A stretch of DNA of 25,817 bases from Acutalibacteraceae bacterium (GTDB taxonomy: Bacteria; Bacillota_I; Bacilli_A; RFN20; CAG-826). Below the pieces are notes generated by a model. The model did no database searches and had not been told where the DNA came from. It saw nothing but the letters and a program-made list of their open reading frames with translations. The stretch is from positions 1 through 25,817 of the forward strand of contig CAVKEL010000036.1 of the NCBI GenBank assembly GCA_963655445.1, read 5' to 3'. Below are positions 1-9,523 of the stretch, piece by piece. How positions within the stretch are numbered: the first letter of the stretch is position 1; every line of letters starts with the position of its first letter. The position numbers were made by a program, and so were the translations under genes.

Positions 1-469
1 TAATTCAGCGGATGTTAGTGATTATACGCTCAAAGTTAACGCTTCAAAGTATGGCGTTATTGATGAGACAACATTTATAAATGGTGTTGATAAAGTGCCT
101 TCATGTCTTGATTTTACAAAAGCTTCCAAGTTAAACCCAAAATTAAATTTTATTGAGAAGAATTTGTTTGTTAAAACGATTGATCATACATTTATTTTCG
201 ATGATGTTATCACAAATAAACCACAAGTGGTTTTAAAAAATAAAGACTGCAAAATAAGTTTATTTACAGACTATCCAGCAGTTAATATTTTCTGTGATAA
301 CTTTAGAACCCCTATTAAATTTACTCAATTTGATGAAATAGATAGTGCAAGAAGAGCTCTTGCTCTTGAACCACAACTTTTTAATTATGATATAGATTCA
401 TTAAAAATTAGAAAAGGAGATAAGTATAAGCACTTTATTCTTTTAAAGATTAAAGATCTTAGAAAATAA
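1..469 (+). CDS. galM: Aldose 1-epimerase (galactose mutarotase), 5' end outside the window
   Basis: The frame of ORF 95..469 stays open back to base 2 (NSADVSDYTLKVNASKYGVID...). It has mutarotase-like motifs LDF, IDHTF, PAVNIFCDNF and ALEPQ, and ends 2 nt before galT. Confidence 0.75.
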   Translation, partial: NSADVSDYTLKVNASKYGVIDETTFINGVDKVPSCLDFTKASKLNPKLNFIEKNLFVKTIDHTFIFDDVITNKPQVVLKNKDCKISLFTDYPAVNIFCDNFRTPIKFTQFDEIDSARRALALEPQLFNYDIDSLKIRKGDKYKHFILLKIKDLRK

Positions 470-471
470 TT

Positions 472-1986
472 ATGATTGCTGAAACTATTAATCAATTAAT
501 TGCCTATGCAAAAATTCATCTAGGAATGAAAGATGAAGATTCTTTCTATTTTAAGAATATGCTTTTAGGTGAATTAAAAGTTGCTAAGCCAAGTGAAGAA
601 GAAGTTGATATCAAAAAGATTTCTCAAATGAAAGTTCCTGATCTATTTATTGATCAAATTCAAGAATATTTAATAAATGAATTAAAATATTCTGAACACG
701 AGGCCGAACTATTTGCTACGAAATTAATGGGTTTTATTACTCCTATTCCTTCAGTTGTTACACATAATTTTGAGGAATTAGAAAAAGAAAATGATAGAAA
801 AGCTTTAGATTATCTTTATGATTTATCAATTAAAAACAATTATGTGGCTAAAACAAAAATTGATAGAAATTTGTTATGGGAATCTAATTTTGAAGATAAG
901 AATATTGAAATAAGTGTTAACCTTTCAAAACCAGAAAAAAATAATAAGGATATCGCAAAACTCATTGCCAAAACTTCAAGTACTGAAGAAAAGTATCCAA
1001 AGTGTTTACTTTGCTATGAAAATTTAGGTTTTTATGGAAATGATAAACATCCAGCAAGAGAGAATATTAGATTAATTCCTTTAAAACTTAATGGCGAAAA
1101 TTGGTATTTACAATATTCCCCATATGGATACTTTAATATGCATTGTATTGTTTTAAAGGGAACTCATTCCAATATGGTTATTGATAGAGGTACATTTATT
1201 TCACTTTGCGATTTTGTAGATAGATTTCCTTCTTTCTTTATTGGAAGTAATGCCGATTTACCTATTGTTGGCGGTTCAATTTTGAACCATGAACATTTCC
1301 AAGGCGGCGAACATCTTCTTCCAATTATGAGACAAATTCCATCTAAAGAATATAAACTTACAAGATTTAACGATTGTAAATTATATAAACTTAATTGGTA
1401 TAACACTTGCTTAATGATTGAGAGCGAAAATAGAGAACAAATGATTAATCTTGCAAGTGAGATTTTAGCAACTTGGAGAAATTATTCTGATGCTGAAAAC
1501 GATGTTATTGCTGTTGATGAACAAGGAAAGCATAACACAATAACTCCTTCCGTAAGAAAAGTAGGCAATAAATATTTTATGTATCTAATTTTAAGGAATA
1601 ATAGATGCAATAAAGAATATCCTGATGGAATTTTCCATGCACATCCTGAATATCATATGATTAAAAAAGAAGGTATTGGTATTATTGAAGCTATGGGTTT
1701 ATTTATTTTACCAGCAAGACTTGTTAGACAAAGTGGCGAAATTCAAGATGTTTTATTAAAGAATTATAGTGATGAAGAAATTGTCAAAGCTTATGCTGAC
1801 TTAGAACAATTCTTGCCAATGATTCATAGTTTAAAAAAGGACTATAGCAAACTTTTGATTAAAGAGAAAATTAAAGAATATATCAATAATGTTTGCAAAG
1901 GTATTCTTGAAAACACTGCTGTTTTTAAAAATGATTATAATGGCAGTCTAGGCTTAGACAAATTTATTGGAGGAATGCATTTATGA
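472..1986 (+). CDS. galT: Galactose-1-phosphate uridylyltransferase, Gram-positive (class II) type
   Basis: 504 aa with NLSKPEK, YPKCLLCYEN, QYSPYGYFNMH, GSNADLPIVGGSILNHEHFQGG (HxH) and FHAHPEYHMIKKEGIGIIEAMGL. Confidence 0.95.
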   Translation: MIAETINQLIAYAKIHLGMKDEDSFYFKNMLLGELKVAKPSEEEVDIKKISQMKVPDLFIDQIQEYLINELKYSEHEAELFATKLMGFITPIPSVVTHNFEELEKENDRKALDYLYDLSIKNNYVAKTKIDRNLLWESNFEDKNIEISVNLSKPEKNNKDIAKLIAKTSSTEEKYPKCLLCYENLGFYGNDKHPARENIRLIPLKLNGENWYLQYSPYGYFNMHCIVLKGTHSNMVIDRGTFISLCDFVDRFPSFFIGSNADLPIVGGSILNHEHFQGGEHLLPIMRQIPSKEYKLTRFNDCKLYKLNWYNTCLMIESENREQMINLASEILATWRNYSDAENDVIAVDEQGKHNTITPSVRKVGNKYFMYLILRNNRCNKEYPDGIFHAHPEYHMIKKEGIGIIEAMGLFILPARLVRQSGEIQDVLLKNYSDEEIVKAYADLEQFLPMIHSLKKDYSKLLIKEKIKEYINNVCKGILENTAVFKNDYNGSLGLDKFIGGMHL

Positions 1987-3152
1987 TAAAAGAATTCGAC
2001 TTAATTGAAAGATTCAATGAAGTTTATAAAGAAGAACCAAGTTATTACATTGATACTGGTGGAAGATTTGAAATAATTGGTAATCATACTGATCATAATC
2101 ATGGACTATGTTTGGTCGCAAATTGTTCATTAAGAGTTAAGGCTGTTTTAAATAAAAATCCAGATATGGTCCGTATTAAATCACATGGTTATCCTTTCAT
2201 GGTTTTTGACTTGCAAGATTTAGAAGTTAAGGAATCAGATAAAAATACATCTTTAGGGTTATGTAAGGGGATTTTATTTAAACTTAAAGAACAAGGATAT
2301 CAAGTTGGTGGATTTGATGCGGTTATTGATAGTGAAATTCCATTTGGCGCAGGTGTTTCAAGCTCTGCTGCAATTGAATCTTTATTTGGTTATATAATTT
2401 CTTATTTATATAATGATGGAAAGATTTCTCCAATGGTAATTGCAAAAGATGGGCAATTTAGCGAGAATCATTATTTTGGGAAACCATGTGGTCTTTTAGA
2501 CCAAATAGGAACCAGTTTTGGAAATTGTAACTTTATAGATTTTAAAAATATTGATGATCCAATTGTTGAAACTTTAGATTTTGAGTTGCCTTTGACTTTG
2601 TATTTAATAAAATCTGCCGGAAATCATAGTAATTTAACTCCTTTATATGCTGCAATTCCTAATTCAATGTATGAAGTAGCAGAAAAACTTGAAGGCAAAC
2701 ATTTCTTAAGAGATGTTAATTCTGTGGATATTTATGAAAAAATTGAAAAATTAGATTGTCCAGATGAAGTTAAAAGAAAAGCAAAGCATTTCTTCCTTGA
2801 AAATAACAACGTCAAGTATGCAAAAGAAGCGGTTGAATCAAATAATATTGAAGACTTCTTAGGTGCTATAAGAAATTCACAACATAGTAGCAAAGTAAAT
2901 TTAGAAAATACTTTCGTTAAAGGCGAATATGAAGATTCCATGCAAAATATTGTTGATGATGTAGACAAATTCTTAGGGAAAAATGGAGCAATCCGTATTC
3001 ATGGCGGTGGTTTTAAAGGAACTTGTTTAGCTTTTGTTAAGAATAGTTTTGTTGATAAATTTGATGAATATTTAAGCGAACATTATTCAAATGATAGATA
3101 TTTTAAAGTTCATATTAGCAATTCAGCTGTGAATTTTAAGAAATTAAAATAA
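1983..3152 (+). CDS. galK: Galactokinase (GHMP kinase)
   Basis: GRFEIIGNHTDH, PFGAGVSSSAA (GHMP ATP loop), KPCGLLDQ and HGGGFKG. ATGA overlap with galT. Confidence 0.9.
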   Translation: MIKEFDLIERFNEVYKEEPSYYIDTGGRFEIIGNHTDHNHGLCLVANCSLRVKAVLNKNPDMVRIKSHGYPFMVFDLQDLEVKESDKNTSLGLCKGILFKLKEQGYQVGGFDAVIDSEIPFGAGVSSSAAIESLFGYIISYLYNDGKISPMVIAKDGQFSENHYFGKPCGLLDQIGTSFGNCNFIDFKNIDDPIVETLDFELPLTLYLIKSAGNHSNLTPLYAAIPNSMYEVAEKLEGKHFLRDVNSVDIYEKIEKLDCPDEVKRKAKHFFLENNNVKYAKEAVESNNIEDFLGAIRNSQHSSKVNLENTFVKGEYEDSMQNIVDDVDKFLGKNGAIRIHGGGFKGTCLAFVKNSFVDKFDEYLSEHYSNDRYFKVHISNSAVNFKKLK

Positions 3153-3196
3153 CTATTTTAATTATTAAATTTGCATAGTATTATATGCAACGTGCT

Positions 3197-3242
3197 CGAG
3201 TGTCTTCCCATGACTAACCACTCGTAAAATTAAACAGGGGGG
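3197..3242 (+). ncRNA. Candidate preQ1 class I-like riboswitch (translational, Shine-Dalgarno sequestering)
   Basis: Perfect stem CGAGTG (3197-3202)/CACTCG (3219-3224). The 16-nt loop begins UC and ends UAAC. An A-rich tail TAAAATTAAAC runs into AGGGGGG, the Shine-Dalgarno (SD) 9 nt before the queT ATG. Loop CUUCCC can pair with GGGGGG. It sits directly upstream of queT. Confidence 0.7.
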
Positions 3243-3251
3243 TTTCTTTGA

Positions 3252-3794
3252 ATGAAAAAGAATACTTTAATTAGTAAGATTGCAATTAATGCGATAATTG
3301 CAGCCTTATATGTTGTTTTATCTTTAATAAGTGGGCCGCTAGCGTTTGTTGGTGGTTCTCTTCAATTTAGGCTGAGTGAATTATTAAATTTGTTAATATT
3401 TTTTAATCCAATTTATATTTTTGGAGTTTCTTTGGGATGCTTATTAACAAATATTATTTCTCTTTATGGATGGCCAGATTTGATTTTTGGAACATTAGCA
3501 ACAGTTATTAGTGGACTTTTAATTATTTTAGTATCTAAAACTATTAAAAAGTTATTTATCGCATCATTGATGCCTGTAATTATTAATGCTTTAATTGTTC
3601 CCTTTGTTATCTTTTTATATGATACATCAATTGCCTTATATACTTTTTATTGGACATCATTTATGTTTGTAGGATTAGGCGAATTGATTGTTGTAACTAT
3701 AATTGGTTACCCTTTATTTTTGGTTCTAGTAAAGAAAATTAAAGGAATAAATAAGATAATTTACATCACTCAAAACGAGGATGTTAAATGGTAG
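3252..3794 (+). CDS. queT: QueT-family queuosine precursor transporter (ECF S-component)
   Basis: 180 aa, hydrophobic, with IAALYVVL, LQFRLSELL, GCLLTN, DLIFGTLAT and VGLGELIV. It lies upstream of tgt. Confidence 0.9.
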   Translation: MKKNTLISKIAINAIIAALYVVLSLISGPLAFVGGSLQFRLSELLNLLIFFNPIYIFGVSLGCLLTNIISLYGWPDLIFGTLATVISGLLIILVSKTIKKLFIASLMPVIINALIVPFVIFLYDTSIALYTFYWTSFMFVGLGELIVVTIIGYPLFLVLVKKIKGINKIIYITQNEDVKW

Positions 3795-3886
3795 AATTTT
3801 TAATTTTTATTGAGTTATATATATCGTAATTTAAAAAAGTGCATTCTTGCTTCTCTTTATTTTTGATACGCAAAATGCTAATATAG

Positions 3887-5020
<1,134 letters not shown>

Positions 5021-6079
5021 ATGGATATAAATTTATTTGATTATTATTTGCCTGAAGAACTTATTGCTCAAACACCATGCAAAAAAAGAGATAATTGTCG
5101 TTTAATGGTTATCAATAGAGAAGATGAAACATATGAAGACAAGCATTTTTATGATATTTGCGATTATTTAAATAAAGGTGATGTTTTAGTTAGAAACAAT
5201 ACTAAGGTTATACCTGCTAGACTTTATGCTGTTAAAGAAGGAACTGGCGCCAAAGTTGAAGTATTACTTTTAAAAGATATTGGTGATGATACTTACGAAG
5301 CTCTTTGTGGAAATGCAAAAACTATAAAAGAAGGTACAGTTTTGCATTTTAAAGATGATATTTTGATTGGCACATGTGTTAAGGTTTTAGATGAAGGAAT
5401 TAGACATATCAAATTTAAATATCATGGAATTTTCTTAGAAGAATTAGATAAAATCGGACTTATGCCATTACCTCCATACATTAAAAAACAAGTTAGCGAT
5501 AATAGTGATTACCAAACTGTTTATGCAAAAGTTGAGGGAAGTGCTGCAGCTCCAACTGCAGGATTTCATTTTACTAATGAATTATTAGAAAAATTAAAAG
5601 AAAAAGGTGTAATTATTGTTGATATTACTTTGAATGTTGGTCTTGGTACATTTAGACCTGTAAAAGTTAGTGATACAAAAAATCATGTTATGCATTCCGA
5701 ATATTTTGAAATGAGTGAGGAAGCCGCAAAAACTTTGAACCTTGCAAAAAAAGAAGGAAGAAGAATTATTGCTTGTGGCACAACTTCTGTTAGAACATTA
5801 GAAGCTGTTTATTCAAAATATGGAACATTTAAGGGATGTAAAGAAAACACAAATATATTTATACAACCTGGTTATGAATATAAAGCCGTGGATGCTGTAA
5901 TTACTAATTTTCATTTACCAAAATCTACGCTCGTAATGCTTGTTAGTGCATTCATGGGTAGAGAATTTACTTTAAATTGCTACAAACATGCTGTAGAAGA
6001 AAAATATAGATTCTTTAGTTTTGGGGATGCAATGTTTATTTATGGAAAATACGATTACTCAAAAAACAAATTATTATAA
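5021..6079 (+). CDS. queA: S-adenosylmethionine:tRNA ribosyltransferase-isomerase
   Basis: FDYYLPEELIAQ, NNTKVIPARL, PLPPYI, YQTVYA, AAPTAGFHF, GTTSVRTLE, TNFHLPKSTL and YRFFSFGDAM. It abuts the tgt stop (TAAATG). Confidence 0.97.
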   Translation: MDINLFDYYLPEELIAQTPCKKRDNCRLMVINREDETYEDKHFYDICDYLNKGDVLVRNNTKVIPARLYAVKEGTGAKVEVLLLKDIGDDTYEALCGNAKTIKEGTVLHFKDDILIGTCVKVLDEGIRHIKFKYHGIFLEELDKIGLMPLPPYIKKQVSDNSDYQTVYAKVEGSAAAPTAGFHFTNELLEKLKEKGVIIVDITLNVGLGTFRPVKVSDTKNHVMHSEYFEMSEEAAKTLNLAKKEGRRIIACGTTSVRTLEAVYSKYGTFKGCKENTNIFIQPGYEYKAVDAVITNFHLPKSTLVMLVSAFMGREFTLNCYKHAVEEKYRFFSFGDAMFIYGKYDYSKNKLL

Positions 6080-6695
6080 AGAATCTTTAAAAGAATATAA
6101 AAAAATTAGGAAAGAAAATGGTAATAAAAAACCTAAACTTTTATTACATGTTTGTTGTGGGGCTTGTTCTTGTTATCCTTTAATTTTTTTGGTTGATTTG
6201 TTTGATGTTACAATTTTATTTTCTAATTCAAATATTTATCCATACGAAGAATATCAAAAAAGGTTAAATGCTTTAAAAGATTATGTTAAGGTTATCGAAA
6301 AGAAACTACAAACTAATATAAAAATTGTAGAAGATACATATGATCATAAGAAATTCATTTGTGAACTTGTCCCATTCAAGGATGAACCTGAAGGAGGAAA
6401 GAGGTGTCATAAATGCATTAGAATGCGTATGGAGCGACTTTTTGATTATGCGGAGAATAACGGATATAATTTAGTTACAACCGTAATGTCAATATCGCGT
6501 AATAAAGATACTTTTTATTTAAATTCCTTAGGGAAAGAATTAGAAGAGAAGCATAAAGGTATAAAGTATTTCGTTAATGATTTTAAAAAGAACGGTGGGC
6601 AAGATTTGGGTGTTGAATTATCTAAAGTTTTTAATGTTTATCGTCAAGATTATTGTGGCTGCGAATTTAGTTTGAGAAGGGGAGAAAATGAGTGA
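6042..6695 (+). CDS. queH: Epoxyqueuosine reductase QueH (DUF208)
   Basis: LLLHVCCGACS, NSNI, EPEGGKRCHKC and YRQDYCGCEFS. I prefer ATG 6042 (MENTIT...) over the track's TTG 6021, but the start is uncertain. It overlaps the queA end. Confidence 0.88.
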   Translation: MENTITQKTNYYKESLKEYKKIRKENGNKKPKLLLHVCCGACSCYPLIFLVDLFDVTILFSNSNIYPYEEYQKRLNALKDYVKVIEKKLQTNIKIVEDTYDHKKFICELVPFKDEPEGGKRCHKCIRMRMERLFDYAENNGYNLVTTVMSISRNKDTFYLNSLGKELEEKHKGIKYFVNDFKKNGGQDLGVELSKVFNVYRQDYCGCEFSLRRGENE

Positions 6696-7710
6696 AATTA
6701 AAGTCTCTGTCATAGTTCCTATTCATGGAGTGGAAAAGTATTTAAAAAGATGTTTGGGTTCATTGCTTGATCAAGATTTTAATATGCCTTATGAGGTATT
6801 ATGTGTAAGTGATTCTCCAAATGATAAATCTCCTGAAATCATAGATGAATTTGTTACGAATAATCCTCAAATTTTTAAAAGAATTGATGTTTCTAATGGC
6901 AATGTTTCATTTACAAGGAATGATGGCTTAAAAGCAGCAAAAGGCGAATATGTTGCTTTTGTTGATGGTGATGACTTTGTTTCAAAAGATTATATCTCTT
7001 ATTTTTATAAAACAGCGATTGAAAAGAATGCTGATATAGTCATCACTAATTTTTATATGTATAAAAAAGGTAAAAAAAGTAAGTTTTTCTTATCGCTTAT
7101 TCCATATAAAGGTTATATTTCTCAAAGAAAAGCTGTTCAATTTATGGCAAATGATATCTTCATAAGAGGTTATCTTTGGTATAAGTTTTTCAAACGAGAT
7201 ATTTTAAAGGATTGTAAATTTATTGATATTAAAAAGACTGTTGAAGATTTAACGTTTTCAGCAATGGCTTTTATGAACTCGAAAAAAATTTATTGGACGC
7301 AAAAAAGAAATTATTATTATGTTTACCATGATGGTTCGATAACTAAGGATTGGGATGCTTTTAAATATGTCCAATTATCCATTAATTTTTTAGCTTTCAT
7401 AAAAATTTATGCCGTTGCTACTTATGGAGAAAAAGAAGGCAGTAAGTTCTTTAATTTTAGTTTGTTTATTCGTAGGTTTATTTTCTTATATTATGTGACA
7501 ATTTCTAAATATTCATTCAAAGAAAAAATTAGTATTTTTAGAAATATCAAACAGGAATTGCGTATTTTAAGGAAACATGTAACATATACGAATTCTCCAT
7601 GGGAAAGCGTAATTAAAGAAGCTGGATTAGATCGCGTTAAAGAAGATATTATTTTTGATAAATCTAAATACATTGATTTGATTCAATATTCAAACAAAAT
7701 TAAGAAATAA
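6688..7710 (+). CDS. Family 2 (GT-A fold) glycosyltransferase, acceptor unknown
   Basis: VSVIVP...VEKYLKRCLGSLLDQ, TRNDGLKAAKGEYVAFVDGDD (DxDD) and VEDL. It overlaps the queH stop by 8 nt (ATGAGTGA), with SD AAGGGGAG. Confidence 0.9.
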   Translation: MSEIKVSVIVPIHGVEKYLKRCLGSLLDQDFNMPYEVLCVSDSPNDKSPEIIDEFVTNNPQIFKRIDVSNGNVSFTRNDGLKAAKGEYVAFVDGDDFVSKDYISYFYKTAIEKNADIVITNFYMYKKGKKSKFFLSLIPYKGYISQRKAVQFMANDIFIRGYLWYKFFKRDILKDCKFIDIKKTVEDLTFSAMAFMNSKKIYWTQKRNYYYVYHDGSITKDWDAFKYVQLSINFLAFIKIYAVATYGEKEGSKFFNFSLFIRRFIFLYYVTISKYSFKEKISIFRNIKQELRILRKHVTYTNSPWESVIKEAGLDRVKEDIIFDKSKYIDLIQYSNKIKK

Positions 7711-7761
7711 ATATTTAAATGCAAAAAAGATTATTTATTGTATACTTTTTAAGGTGGTTTT

Positions 7762-8952
7762 ATGAGTTTAAAATTTGATATTTTGATGATTAATGCAAAA
7801 GCAAAAGAAGATGCATCTAAAGGCAATAAAGTCATTAATGGATGCGTAGGAACATTACGTGATGACGAACATAATTTATTAACTTTTACTGAAGTTAAAA
7901 AAGTTTTAAGAGATTATGCATGTTCATATCTAGATTATGCTCCTGTTGTAGGCTACAAATCTTTTAAAGAAGGTGTTGTAAAATGGCTTTTTGATAGACC
8001 TGAAGATATCTTAAATTCTAAGTTATTTTCGTTTGGTGCAACAATGGGTGGAACTGGCGCTTTAGCGACTTCTTTTAAAATTGCAGCAAAAGAGAATGCA
8101 ATTTTAATATATGGCGATATTGTTTGGCCAAACTATGTTACTATTTCAGAAGAAGCGGGTGTAAAAACTGAAAGATTTGAAACCATCAAAGATGGTAAAT
8201 TTAATTTTGATGGTCTTATAAAAGCAATTGATTTTTCATTAGAAAAAACTAACAAAGTAGTTATTTTAATTAATGATCCTTGCGAGAATCCTATTGGTTA
8301 TTCATTTAATAGCGAAGAAACAAATGAATTATTTAAAATCTTGGATAAATATAATGAAAATTCAAATAAAGTTGATTTAATCTTAGATATTGCATATGTG
8401 GATTATGCAAGTTCACATTTGGAAAGTCTTGATTATTGTTATAAAAAGAATAATTTTAATATTTATTTGACATTCAGTGGTTCAAAATCTTTTGGTATTT
8501 ATGGTATTAGATGTGGTGCTCTTTTAGCATTTGCAAAAGATGTAGAAAATGCTAAATATATTCAAAGCGAAATTGCTGCTTATTCAAGGGGTACTATAAG
8601 CAGTCCAAATGGTCAAGCTATTGGACCTTTAAGCGAAGTGTTAAATGATTCAGAATCAAAAAAGAACATTCAAAAAGAAATTCGATTGTATCGAGATATT
8701 TTGAATTCAAGAGGGAAATGTGTTATTGAAAATTTAAATAAACATTGTGTTGGATATTTGCCTTATCACGATGGTTTTTATATTACTTTAAAAACTAAGA
8801 AAAATGCATATGAAATTTGTGAAAAATTATTTGATAGACATATTTATTTAGCGCCTATTTCGGACAAACATATTAGGGTCGCTATTTGCTCAGTTTCTTG
8901 TGAAGAAATCTCTAAAATTGTTGAAGAAATTTCTAAAATTGAGAACGAATAA
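7762..8952 (+). CDS. PLP-dependent aminotransferase class I/II (aspartate/aromatic-like)
   Basis: GGTGAL, NDPCENPIGYS, DIAY, SGSKSFGIYGIRCG (PLP lysine motif) and C-terminal IRVA. SD AAGGTGG. Confidence 0.88.
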   Translation: MSLKFDILMINAKAKEDASKGNKVINGCVGTLRDDEHNLLTFTEVKKVLRDYACSYLDYAPVVGYKSFKEGVVKWLFDRPEDILNSKLFSFGATMGGTGALATSFKIAAKENAILIYGDIVWPNYVTISEEAGVKTERFETIKDGKFNFDGLIKAIDFSLEKTNKVVILINDPCENPIGYSFNSEETNELFKILDKYNENSNKVDLILDIAYVDYASSHLESLDYCYKKNNFNIYLTFSGSKSFGIYGIRCGALLAFAKDVENAKYIQSEIAAYSRGTISSPNGQAIGPLSEVLNDSESKKNIQKEIRLYRDILNSRGKCVIENLNKHCVGYLPYHDGFYITLKTKKNAYEICEKLFDRHIYLAPISDKHIRVAICSVSCEEISKIVEEISKIENE

Positions 8953-8977
8953 ATTAAAAATTTTATTAAAAATGAAT

Positions 8978-9022
8978 GAAAAAGCAGTGGAATTTCAAAT
9001 TAAGAAATTCACTATTTTTTTC
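8978..9022 (+). terminator. Possible intrinsic terminator after the aminotransferase
   Basis: Imperfect hairpin with core GAATTTC (8990-8996)/GAAATTC (9004-9010), extended by AGT/ACT, followed by T7 at 9015-9021. Confidence 0.4.
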
Positions 9023-9041
9023 AAAATTTTGTCGATTTTTA

Positions 9042-9071
9042 TTGACTTTATATTATATATAAAGCTATTAT
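9042..9071 (+). promoter_or_regulatory. SigA-type promoter of the S10 supercluster
   Basis: TTGACT (9042-9047), 18-nt spacer, TATTAT (9066-9071), with an AT-rich tract upstream. Confidence 0.65.
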
Positions 9072-9084
9072 ATTACACGCTGAC

Positions 9085-9170
9085 TGATGTGATGATTTGC
9101 GAGATTGCTGATACACCGACAGGCGTTGTCATGAGTGGTTATCAGGTAACTCGTAATGAGCATTATCGAA
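9085..9170 (+). ncRNA. Structured S10 (rpsJ) leader RNA, Firmicutes type
   Basis: A GC-richer island with nested pairings GATGAT/ATTATC, TTGCGAG/CTCGTAA, CTGATA/TATCAG, CAC/GTG and an inner GACA/TGTC hairpin. It resembles the rpsJ leader of Bacillota as I recall it. Confidence 0.65.
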
Positions 9171-9198
9171 AGCCTGTTATTGAAAGGAGAAAAAATTC

Positions 9199-9510
9199 AT
9201 GGCAAAAGTCAAAAAGATTAGAGTTCGTTTACAAGCTTATGACCACAAAGTGTTAGATTTTGCGGTAAGTAAAATTGTAACTGCAATTCGAAACACAGGT
9301 GCTGAAGTAGTCGGACCTATTCCACTTCCAACGGAAAAACAAGTCTACACAATCTTAAGAGCTGTCTTTAAATACAAAGACTCTCGTGAACAATTTGAGA
9401 TTAGAACACATAAGAGAATTATCGATATCACTAATCCAAACAATGCAACAATTGAAGCTTTACGTAAGTTAGATCTTCCAAGTGGTGTTGATATCGATAT
9501 CAAGTTATAG
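9199..9510 (+). CDS. rpsJ: 30S ribosomal protein S10 (uS10)
   Basis: [18 protein letters not shown] and [22 protein letters not shown]. Confidence 0.98.
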   Translation: MAKVKKIRVRLQAYDHKVLDFAVSKIVTAIRNTGAEVVGPIPLPTEKQVYTILRAVFKYKDSREQFEIRTHKRIIDITNPNNATIEALRKLDLPSGVDIDIKL

Positions 9511-9523
9511 GAGGTAAGGCACA

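Noticed and set aside
8900..9256. 118-aa ORF spanning the aminotransferase-rpsJ gap
   Set aside because: It overlaps both neighbours, covers the promoter and leader RNA, has no SD and no recognisable motif.
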